Below are positions 7,790 through 15,507 of a stretch of 44,861 nt of DNA, piece after piece. The notes under the pieces were generated by a model that ran no database searches, was not told where the DNA came from, and was given only the letters and a program-made list of their open reading frames with translations. The stretch comes from Actinomycetota bacterium. GTDB lineage: Bacteria > Actinomycetota > Actinomycetes > Nanopelagicales > Nanopelagicaceae. A program made the translations under genes and the position numbers. The stretch covers positions 1 to 44,861 of the forward strand of contig JBEANJ010000004.1 in NCBI GenBank assembly GCA_041165565.1. Reading direction: 5' to 3'. Within the stretch, counting starts at the first letter, position 1. Every line of letters begins with the position of its first letter.

Positions 7790-9272
7790 GAAAATGGAGT
7801 CGCCTGGTCAATTTCCATATACGCGAGGTATAAAGGCGGAACCATCAGTTTGGACTATGGGCCAATATGGCGGCTTTGGAACGCCAAAAGAGACAAACCA
7901 AAGATTTAAGACTTTGTTAGAACAAGGCCTGACCGGCTTTAGCGTTGCTTTAGATCTACCGACCCAACTTGGTCTCGACTCAGATCATCCTCGCGCCTTC
8001 GGAGAAGTTGGTCGAGTTGGCGTTGCGATTGATTCGTTGCGTGATATTGAAATCCTGATGGGCCAAATCCCACTTGAGAAAATTAATCAAGTTAGAACAA
8101 CAGCTAATTCAATTGGATATATCTGGGCAGCCATGTTCATCGCACTTGCTGAAATTCGAGGTGTTAATCCGAATGATTTTGGCATGTTCATCCAGAATGA
8201 TGTTTTGAAAGAGTACATCGCGAGAGGAACTCAAATTTTCCCCGCTGAAGCCGGGTTGAAGTTATCGGTTGATGTAATTGAATATATTTCTGCCAACGTA
8301 CCAAAGTGGGTCCCGCTGGCTATGAGCGGTTATCACATACGTGAGTCAGGCTCCTCCGCCGCTCAGGAAATTGCATTCACTTTTGCAAACGCACAAGAAT
8401 ATCTTGATGCTGCCATATCGAGAGGTGTCGCGGTTGATCAAGTAGCGCCAACACTTTTTACATTTCTCTCTTCAAATATCGAAATTCTTCACGAGGTAGC
8501 GAAATTCAGAGCTGCCCGCAGAGTTTGGGCCCAATTAATAAGAAATAAATATCAGGCTAAGGATCCACGATCAGAACAGCTGCGCATCTTCGCCTTCACT
8601 GCAGGCTCTTCGCTAACTTTCCAACAACCGATGAACAATGTGACTCGAGCCGCCGCAGAAATGGTTGCAGCAGCGCTTGGTGGAATTCAAACGATGCACG
8701 TTTCCGCATATGACGAAGCTTTAGGTGTCCCAACCCAGGATGCAGCCACTCTGGCGCTACGCACTCAACAAGTAATTGCCTTCGAAACAGATTTGTTAAA
8801 AGTTTCAGATCCACTTGGCGGTAGCCCCTATATCGAAGGACTGACTGATCAATTATGTGATGAGATTTGGGAGTTGCTGAAAGTGATTGAGAATCGAGGT
8901 GGTGCGCTCTCTTGTGTAAAAAGTGGCTGGTTTAGCAAAGAGCTATCCGAGAGAGCCTATAGGTTCCAACAAGCGATTGAGAGTGGCGAGCGAACTTTGG
9001 TTGGCGTAAATAAGTTTGAAACTGATGAGGAAGAGAAATTCGTGCCATTCACAATTAATCCCGATAGTGAGCAAGCTCAAGTAGCTGCCGTTCAAGAATT
9101 GAGAAGCTCCCGAGATAATACGAAGGTTGAAAGTGCCCTTAACAGACTTCATGAAGATGCTAAATCAAACAAGAATGTTATGCCGGCAACTATTGATGCT
9201 GTGAAGTCGTATGCAACCGTTGGCGAAATCGTCTCGGTCTTATCAAAAGTTTATGGAACCTGGAAACCTTAA
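7779..9272 (+). CDS. Acyl-CoA mutase large (substrate-binding TIM barrel) subunit, methylmalonyl-CoA mutase family. There is no B12-binding domain.
   Basis: Motifs are PGQFPYTRG, WTMGQYGGFGT, FSVALDLPTQLGLDSD, QNDVLKEYIARGTQIFP, SGYHIRESG, AKFRAARRVWA and LRTQQVIAFE. It ends with the ...TVGEIVSVLSKVYG pattern typical of split large subunits. The start is GTG 7779 or ATG 7794 and overlaps the ligase 3' end. Confidence 0.85.
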   Translation: MVHKKMESPGQFPYTRGIKAEPSVWTMGQYGGFGTPKETNQRFKTLLEQGLTGFSVALDLPTQLGLDSDHPRAFGEVGRVGVAIDSLRDIEILMGQIPLEKINQVRTTANSIGYIWAAMFIALAEIRGVNPNDFGMFIQNDVLKEYIARGTQIFPAEAGLKLSVDVIEYISANVPKWVPLAMSGYHIRESGSSAAQEIAFTFANAQEYLDAAISRGVAVDQVAPTLFTFLSSNIEILHEVAKFRAARRVWAQLIRNKYQAKDPRSEQLRIFAFTAGSSLTFQQPMNNVTRAAAEMVAAALGGIQTMHVSAYDEALGVPTQDAATLALRTQQVIAFETDLLKVSDPLGGSPYIEGLTDQLCDEIWELLKVIENRGGALSCVKSGWFSKELSERAYRFQQAIESGERTLVGVNKFETDEEEKFVPFTINPDSEQAQVAAVQELRSSRDNTKVESALNRLHEDAKSNKNVMPATIDAVKSYATVGEIVSVLSKVYGTWKP

Positions 9273-10795
9273 GCTAAAGAATTCGCGACAATTGCGCCGC
9301 TTGCTCCCCCAACGCCGCCTCCGGGCCAGGTTCCTGAACCACATATCCAAAGATTTTTAAGTGGAGTTCGATGTCGACTCCATGCTGGGAGCGGCCTTAA
9401 GAAGAAGAATTGCGAAATATGGTGGCTGCCACCAAGAGAATCTCCGCCAATGAGATTTACGTTGTATCGCTCTAAATCTGACGGAGTAAGAACTGCTCGA
9501 CTAAGAATTGAAGATTTGGTTCCAGGAGCATAACTTTCAATTATCTCGATAACTTGATCGGCGTAGCGCTCTCCTTCTTTGGCCCAATCAATGCCATGAG
9601 GTAGAACTCGTACTTGAATCCAAAGGACGTGTTTACCTTCTGGAGCGCGAGATGGGTCGGTCAAAGTTGGTTGACCGACAACAAGAGTCGGGGTTCTGGG
9701 AAGTTTGCCAGCTGCAGCTTCAGCATATGCCAATGCCATGTCGTCGATATAGGGGCCAATATGAACGTAGTTATATTCGCGAGCCTCTTGTGCAGTCCAT
9801 TGTGGCAATTTATCCATTGCAAGATGGATCATCATCGTTGCAAGACCCGGTGCAAATTTGTTTATCTCTTGAATTTCAGGTCGAGAGCGTTCGTTACCAT
9901 CTAATAAGTTAGGTATCAAGGCCGGGTTTATATTAGCAATTACTTCTTGAGCCGGGATTACTTCACCGTTTACTAGAGTTATACCCGTTGCCTTTCCATT
10001 CTCGGAAGTAATTGATTTAACTGGTGTGCCAGTTCTAATTTCACCACCGTATTTCTTAATAACTTTTGAGAGCGCATTTGGAATAACATCAGCGCCGCCT
10101 TTTCCAAGTACCATTCCAAACATCTGGCCGCCAATTGATTCAAGAAAAGCAAATAGCGCCCCGCCCGCAATATCCGGGCCGTAATCGAGGTGCATTCCCC
10201 AGCTCGCGGCTAGCGCTCTAGTTTCGCGCGCACGAAAATTCTCAGAAGTAAATGATCTGGTTGATTGCAACAAGAGTCGAATCAAAGATAGAAATTCGGT
10301 GGTTCCAAGAGCGCGCCAAGATTTAAAAAGCGCTTTCGCAACATTAAATGATGGTAATTCATTTCCCAGTATTGGCAGGATGTGTGGTGCTAATTGACCT
10401 AACTTAGCCGACAAGGCGCGCCAGGCTTCTAAATCTTCGGGTGCTATGCGATTTATATTGGCTTCGGTTGCCGCGAAATCCTGAACTACTCCTAGCGCCT
10501 TGCCATCTGGAAAAACAGAGCAGAATGGTTTGTTCGAAGGTACGAATTCCAGTCCCGCAGCAACCAAATCATCTTTCAATTCAGCCATTATTGGTCCGCC
10601 TGCGAAAAGTGAAAGGTTTGTGGCAAAGAGGTCGTGACGAAAGCCCGGCAAAGTAACTTCCTCAGTCCTTATTGCTCCGCCACACTTCTCATTAGCCTCT
10701 AGTAAGAGGATCCTCTTTCCGCGCTTTGCCAAGAGCGCTGCTGCGCCCATACCGTTTACTCCGCCGCCAATAATAATTACGTCAAAAGCGCTCAT
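9269..10795 (-). CDS. FAD-dependent oxidoreductase, phytoene desaturase/CrtI-like (COG1233) family, function unknown
   Basis: I trimmed to the ATG at 10795 (MSAFDVIIIGGGVNGMGAAALLAKRGKRILLLE, a Rossmann GxGxxG). It also has GGAIRT, VVGQPTLTDPSRAPEGKHVLW and the C-terminal GSGTWPGGGVGGASG. Confidence 0.8.
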   Translation of the reverse strand: MSAFDVIIIGGGVNGMGAAALLAKRGKRILLLEANEKCGGAIRTEEVTLPGFRHDLFATNLSLFAGGPIMAELKDDLVAAGLEFVPSNKPFCSVFPDGKALGVVQDFAATEANINRIAPEDLEAWRALSAKLGQLAPHILPILGNELPSFNVAKALFKSWRALGTTEFLSLIRLLLQSTRSFTSENFRARETRALAASWGMHLDYGPDIAGGALFAFLESIGGQMFGMVLGKGGADVIPNALSKVIKKYGGEIRTGTPVKSITSENGKATGITLVNGEVIPAQEVIANINPALIPNLLDGNERSRPEIQEINKFAPGLATMMIHLAMDKLPQWTAQEAREYNYVHIGPYIDDMALAYAEAAAGKLPRTPTLVVGQPTLTDPSRAPEGKHVLWIQVRVLPHGIDWAKEGERYADQVIEIIESYAPGTKSSILSRAVLTPSDLERYNVNLIGGDSLGGSHHISQFFFLRPLPAWSRHRTPLKNLWICGSGTWPGGGVGGASGAIVANSLA

Positions 10796-10837
10796 GTGCT
10801 CTATCTTGCCATGCAGAATCCCGCTTAGATAGGACTT

Positions 10838-12436
10838 ATGACCAAAGAAACAATCATCGTAGGAAGTGGAATAAATTCCCTCGTAGCCGGCGCAATACTT
10901 GCACGGGCGGGAGTACCGATAAGAGTTCTCGAGCGTAACAAACAACTTGGTGGCGCGATTAAAACCGAGCCTGCGACGCTGCCTGGTTATATTCACGAAC
11001 TGCTTTCAAGTTGGCACCCACTATTTGTTGGTGGACCTGCATATGCCGAATTAAAAGATGAACTAGAGAAGAGAGGATTGACTTATAAAAATACACCGAT
11101 GCCGACTGGTGTAATTTGTAAGGCTGGCGGTGCAATTCTATTTACAGATCCAAATCAACTTGGCGCTGAGATGTCACGACTTGGAGATGGTGAGAATTGG
11201 TCTAACTTCATGGCCGAATTTGGCAGCAAAATAGATTTAGCATTCGGGCTTCTTGGAACTGATTTTTGGCGGCCTAGCGCAATTAAACTTGCGCGGACTG
11301 CACAAAAAAGATTAGGCCGCCGAGGCGTTTTAGCTACCGGCTCAGAATTATTGGAACCAGCAACTTCATGGCTAGAAAGACAATTCAATTCAGAAATTAC
11401 CCGAGCGCTGCTTGCGCCGTGGGCACTTCATAATGGTCTAGGCCCTGATGATGCTGCGAGCGCATTCATAACAAAAGTAATCAGCGCAGCAATTGCGTTT
11501 GGTGGTATGCCAGTTCCTGTGGGCGGAGGTATTCGCTTAGTTGAAGCGCTGGCAAAAATAATTACCGATCATGGAGGAAAAATTGAGACCGACGCTGATG
11601 TCGTAGAAATATTAGCAACCGGCAGCCATGTTTCAGGCGTTCTTCTAAGTGACGGTAGGAAACTTGATAGTGAAACTGTGATTGCCTCAACTACTCCGAC
11701 CTCGCTATATAACCAGTTACTAGCTAAAATTGATAAGCCCAAAGAAGTCACCAGTTCAGTAGCTAGCTTTAGATATGGAAGATCAGCGATACAGATTCAC
11801 TTAGCGCTTAGCGGAAAACCAGAATGGAAAAACGATCCGAGACTAAGTGATGTAGCAATTGTCCACGTGCTGGACGATGTAAATTCACTTTCCGAATCTG
11901 TGAATGCTGCAAATCGAGGTTTTCTTCCAAAGCGACCCACCATCGTCGTGGGACAACCTTGCGCGGTTGATGCTTCACGTGCGCCAGAAGGTGGATCTAT
12001 TCTCTGGATTCAGTTGCAAGAAAATCCACGCACAATTAAGGGTGATCTTGCTGGTGAAATAAATCCGGGTGATGGCAGCTGGAATTCTGAGAGATTAAAT
12101 GCGTATGCAGATCGAGTGCTTTCACAACTCTCGGAGCAAATTCCGAATCTTGCTTCAATAACTAAGGCGCGCTTAGTGCTTGGACCAAATGAAATCGAGG
12201 CGATGAATAAGAATCTTGTTGGGGGCGATCCCTATGCAGGCGATTGTCGGGTCGATCAATATGCTCCTTGGAGACCACTTTCCGCCGCGACTGGACACAA
12301 AACATTTCTCGATGGACTCTGGCACATCGGAGCATCTACCCACCCAGGTCCAGGGCTAGGCGGTGGTAGTGGCTTTATGGTCGCTAAACGATTAACTCAA
12401 CGTACCTTTATCGAGCGCGTTCTACGTAGAAAATAA
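10838..12436 (+). CDS. FAD-dependent oxidoreductase, CrtI-like (COG1233) family, a paralogue of the neighbouring gene
   Basis: Motifs are IIVGSGINSLVAGAILARAGVPIRVLE, GGAIKTE, VVGQPCAVDASRAPEGGSILW and GASTHPGPGLGGGSG. It is collinear in motifs with 9269-10795. Confidence 0.8.
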   Translation: MTKETIIVGSGINSLVAGAILARAGVPIRVLERNKQLGGAIKTEPATLPGYIHELLSSWHPLFVGGPAYAELKDELEKRGLTYKNTPMPTGVICKAGGAILFTDPNQLGAEMSRLGDGENWSNFMAEFGSKIDLAFGLLGTDFWRPSAIKLARTAQKRLGRRGVLATGSELLEPATSWLERQFNSEITRALLAPWALHNGLGPDDAASAFITKVISAAIAFGGMPVPVGGGIRLVEALAKIITDHGGKIETDADVVEILATGSHVSGVLLSDGRKLDSETVIASTTPTSLYNQLLAKIDKPKEVTSSVASFRYGRSAIQIHLALSGKPEWKNDPRLSDVAIVHVLDDVNSLSESVNAANRGFLPKRPTIVVGQPCAVDASRAPEGGSILWIQLQENPRTIKGDLAGEINPGDGSWNSERLNAYADRVLSQLSEQIPNLASITKARLVLGPNEIEAMNKNLVGGDPYAGDCRVDQYAPWRPLSAATGHKTFLDGLWHIGASTHPGPGLGGGSGFMVAKRLTQRTFIERVLRRK

Positions 12437-12439
12437 AAA

Positions 12440-12467
12440 TACCCCGCCTAATTTCTTAGACGGGGTA
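12440..12467. terminator. Hairpin between convergent genes, a candidate bidirectional terminator
   Basis: TACCCCG-N14-CGGGGTA, flanked by an A-run on the left (AAAATAAAAA) and TTAGCTAATTTTT on the right. Confidence 0.5.
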
Positions 12468-12478
12468 TTAGCTAATTT

Positions 12479-13252
12479 TTAGTTAGCAACAAGTGCCAAG
12501 ACTCGGCATGGGCTGCCCGAACCTTTAACAATTTTTAGCGGAGCTGCAATAACTATAGCTCCGGTAGTAGGCAACTTGTCCAAGTTACGGAGCTGAGTTA
12601 ATCCATATTTATTGTTTCCTAAGAAGAGGGCATGGCATGGAAACGGAGTGGAGAATCCAAAAGCGGCTCCAGCATCAGTTCCAACAGTCTCAACACCCAT
12701 TCCAAGAATTTCAGTTTTAGTTGCAAAATATTCTGCAGCGGCTACCGAAAGGCCGGGAGTATGAGGGCCATTTGCGTCAGCATTCGCATACTTTGCGGCA
12801 TCCTCACCGAACTTTGACCAACCGGTACGGAACATAATCCACGCGTTCTTAGGAATTGCGCCATTCTTTTCTTCCCAGGCTTTGATATGAGGAACATCAA
12901 GTAGGAAATCTGGATTGGCCTCTACCTCTTTGGTGAAGTCCAAGACACATGCCGGACCGATTAAGCGTTGCGCAGGAACTTGGGAAACATCATCGAGATT
13001 TTTCCCGGTAACCCAGTGAATTGGCGCATCAAAGTGGGTACCTGTGTGCTCGCCGGTGCGGAAGTTATTCCAGTACCAAGCAGGACCTCGATCGTCGTAA
13101 CTAGAAATCTCTTCTAATTTAAACCGAGCGGTTTGGCCCATTGGTTCTGGCAACATCAAAATTGGAGTGTTCTCATGTAGCGGTGCAGTCAGGTCAACGA
13201 CCTTGACCGAGCCGGCCACAATCTCCTTGGCGAGAGCGGATAGATCAGCCAT
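12479..13252 (-). CDS. Cyclase-family metal-dependent amidohydrolase (kynurenine formamidase KynB / isatin hydrolase family)
   Basis: I chose the ATG at 13252 because AAGGAG lies 7 nt upstream. The family motif GEHTGTHFDAPIHW (HxGTHxDxPxH) is present. At 257 aa it is longer than typical KynB as I recall it. Confidence 0.75.
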   Translation of the reverse strand: MADLSALAKEIVAGSVKVVDLTAPLHENTPILMLPEPMGQTARFKLEEISSYDDRGPAWYWNNFRTGEHTGTHFDAPIHWVTGKNLDDVSQVPAQRLIGPACVLDFTKEVEANPDFLLDVPHIKAWEEKNGAIPKNAWIMFRTGWSKFGEDAAKYANADANGPHTPGLSVAAAEYFATKTEILGMGVETVGTDAGAAFGFSTPFPCHALFLGNNKYGLTQLRNLDKLPTTGAIVIAAPLKIVKGSGSPCRVLALVAN

Positions 13253-13422
13253 CAATATCTCCTTTATCGGGGCCTTCCGTCGACCCATTCGTGAGTAAAG
13301 ATGTCACCATTTCGATATCTTCACAAGGGGGTTTCCACTAGACATGGCGCACACCATTGGCGAGACTTCCCTCCAGGCTTGGCTACTGCCTGGCTAGGTT
13401 GCTTAGTAAAAAGGGGAGTGAG

Positions 13423-15507
13423 ATGGCAGAGCGGTCATTCCTAGAAGAGGTTAAGAAGTTACGGACTGGCGCCGGTGAGGAATTTGCGGGCGAAGGAATT
13501 TTGGCAGTCACAAAGGCCCTGCTTCAATCTGGAGTTTCTTATGTTGGAGGCTACCAAGGCGCTCCAATTTCACATTTGATGGATGTTCTTGGCGATGCAA
13601 AAGAGATTTTGGATGAATTAGGCGTCCATTTTGAAAATAGCGCTTCAGAAGCAACTGCTGCAGCCTCATTAGCAGCTTCAGTTCATTATCCACTTCGTGG
13701 AGCAATAACCTTCAAATCAACTGTTGGTACAAATGTTGCTTCAGATGCACTTGCCAATCTCGCTTCAGGTGGCGTGACTGGTGGCGCTCTCATAATTGTG
13801 GGTGAAGATTACGGCGAAGGTTCTTCAATCATGCAAGAGCGTTCACATGCCTTTGCTATGAAATCGCAAATTTGGTTAATGGATCCTCGGCCAAATTTAA
13901 CCGCGATTGTTGATTCAGTAGAAAAAGGTTTTCAACTATCTGAGGTGAGCAACACTCCGGTCATGCTGGAACTACGTTTACGTTCCTGTCATATGCATGG
14001 AAAATTTATCGCGAAGAATAACGTGCGACCATCATTCACATTCGAACAAGAGAAGGTTCAGAAACGTTGGCCAGCAGCCGTTAAGTTCATAAAAGATAAT
14101 AAATTAAATGAATTTCTCAATGACGGTACTCAAGATATCGGAATTGCAGTCCAGGGCGGTCTATACAACATAGTGATCCGCGCGCTCCAGTTGCTAGGCC
14201 TCTCTGATGTATATGGAAATACGAAAATCCCGCTTTACGTCATGAATGTCACTTACCCCGTCATCGACGACGAAATTGTCCAGTTTGCCGCGAGCAAGAA
14301 GGCCTTCATACTTGTTGAAGAAGGTCAGCCTGACTACATAGAACAGAATCTCCATGCGGTTCTGAGACGTGCTGATGTCCCCACCAAGCTACACGGCAAA
14401 GATTTCCTTCCAGTTGCTGGCGAATATACGCCCGCTGTTGTCACAAAAGGTTTGCTCGAATTCATAAAGAAGTATCGCCCTGATTTGATTTCAAATGAGG
14501 AAGCTCTTCCATCGGTTGTAAAACCAGCAGCGCCTCGAATCAAAGCTGAGAACGTCCACGGTCGTCCCCCATCATTCTGTACCGGATGTCCAGAACGGCC
14601 AATTTTCACCGCGCTAAAACTTGCCGAACGCGAAACCGGAAAGCATCACGTCTCAGCAGATATTGGCTGTCACCTATTCTCGATTTTGCCGCCGTTCAAT
14701 ATCGGTGCAACAACTATGGGCTATGGTCTCGGTTCAGCCGGAGCTTCTGCGTTGCAATCAAAGGATACGGACCGCGCAACTATCGCATTTATGGGTGATG
14801 GTGGTTTCTGGCATAACGGTCTCACCTCAGGTATTGGAAATGATGTTTTTAATAAGAATGGAACTTTAACTGTCGTCGTTGATAATGCTTATTCAGCCGC
14901 TACCGGTGGTCAAGATCTTCTTTCATCGAAAGCTGAAAATGAGATTCGCTCCACAAAGCATCCAATCGAACGCGCTGTCCGCGGCGTGGGGGTCAAATGG
15001 GCAAAAACAGTTACTAATACTTACAAAGTAAGTGAGTTGCGAGATTTATTTATTGATGCCCTTAAGAAAAAAGATGACGAGCCGAAAGTCATAGTGGCCC
15101 AAAGTGAGTGCACGTTGAATCGTATGCGCCGAGAAAAGCCAGCTATGGCAAAGCGCATAAAAGAGGGAAAGCGGGTAGTCAAGGAGCGATTCGGTATTGA
15201 TCCGGAAACTTGTACTGGCGATCATTCCTGTATTCGAATAAATGGTTGCCCTTCGTTGACCATCACTGATAACCCAGATCCGATGCGAAAAGATCCAATC
15301 GCCACAATTCTCTCTAGTTGCGTTGGTTGTGGGCTCTGCGGAGAAGCGGCACATGCCGCGGTGTTATGTCCTTCGTTCTATCGAACCGAAGTTATTTCTA
15401 ATCCAAGTCTCTGGGATAAATTGAAATTATCTTTCAGGAAGTTTGTGATTTCAATTCTTCAGAATGGAATTGATCGACGGCTCGCAAAGATTGAGGCTTA
15501 TGCCTGA
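13423..15507 (+). CDS. iorA: Indolepyruvate (arylpyruvate):ferredoxin oxidoreductase alpha subunit
   Basis: The ATG at 13423 follows AAAAGGGGAG. Motifs are GGYQGAP, the TPP-binding region FMGDGGFWHNG, FCTGCPERP, and the Fe-S Cys clusters CTGDHSCIRINGCPS and CVGCGLCGEAAHAAVLCPS. Confidence 0.85.
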   Translation: MAERSFLEEVKKLRTGAGEEFAGEGILAVTKALLQSGVSYVGGYQGAPISHLMDVLGDAKEILDELGVHFENSASEATAAASLAASVHYPLRGAITFKSTVGTNVASDALANLASGGVTGGALIIVGEDYGEGSSIMQERSHAFAMKSQIWLMDPRPNLTAIVDSVEKGFQLSEVSNTPVMLELRLRSCHMHGKFIAKNNVRPSFTFEQEKVQKRWPAAVKFIKDNKLNEFLNDGTQDIGIAVQGGLYNIVIRALQLLGLSDVYGNTKIPLYVMNVTYPVIDDEIVQFAASKKAFILVEEGQPDYIEQNLHAVLRRADVPTKLHGKDFLPVAGEYTPAVVTKGLLEFIKKYRPDLISNEEALPSVVKPAAPRIKAENVHGRPPSFCTGCPERPIFTALKLAERETGKHHVSADIGCHLFSILPPFNIGATTMGYGLGSAGASALQSKDTDRATIAFMGDGGFWHNGLTSGIGNDVFNKNGTLTVVVDNAYSAATGGQDLLSSKAENEIRSTKHPIERAVRGVGVKWAKTVTNTYKVSELRDLFIDALKKKDDEPKVIVAQSECTLNRMRREKPAMAKRIKEGKRVVKERFGIDPETCTGDHSCIRINGCPSLTITDNPDPMRKDPIATILSSCVGCGLCGEAAHAAVLCPSFYRTEVISNPSLWDKLKLSFRKFVISILQNGIDRRLAKIEAYA

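Noticed and set aside
13253-13422. A ~47-codon ORF starting at 13301, and the TTG-initiated extension of iorA from 13357, in the cyclase/iorA divergent region
   Set aside because: Neither has an SD or recognisable features. The ATG at 13423 has a strong AAAAGGGGAG RBS and a family-typical N-terminus. The region is more plausibly a promoter or 5'-UTR.
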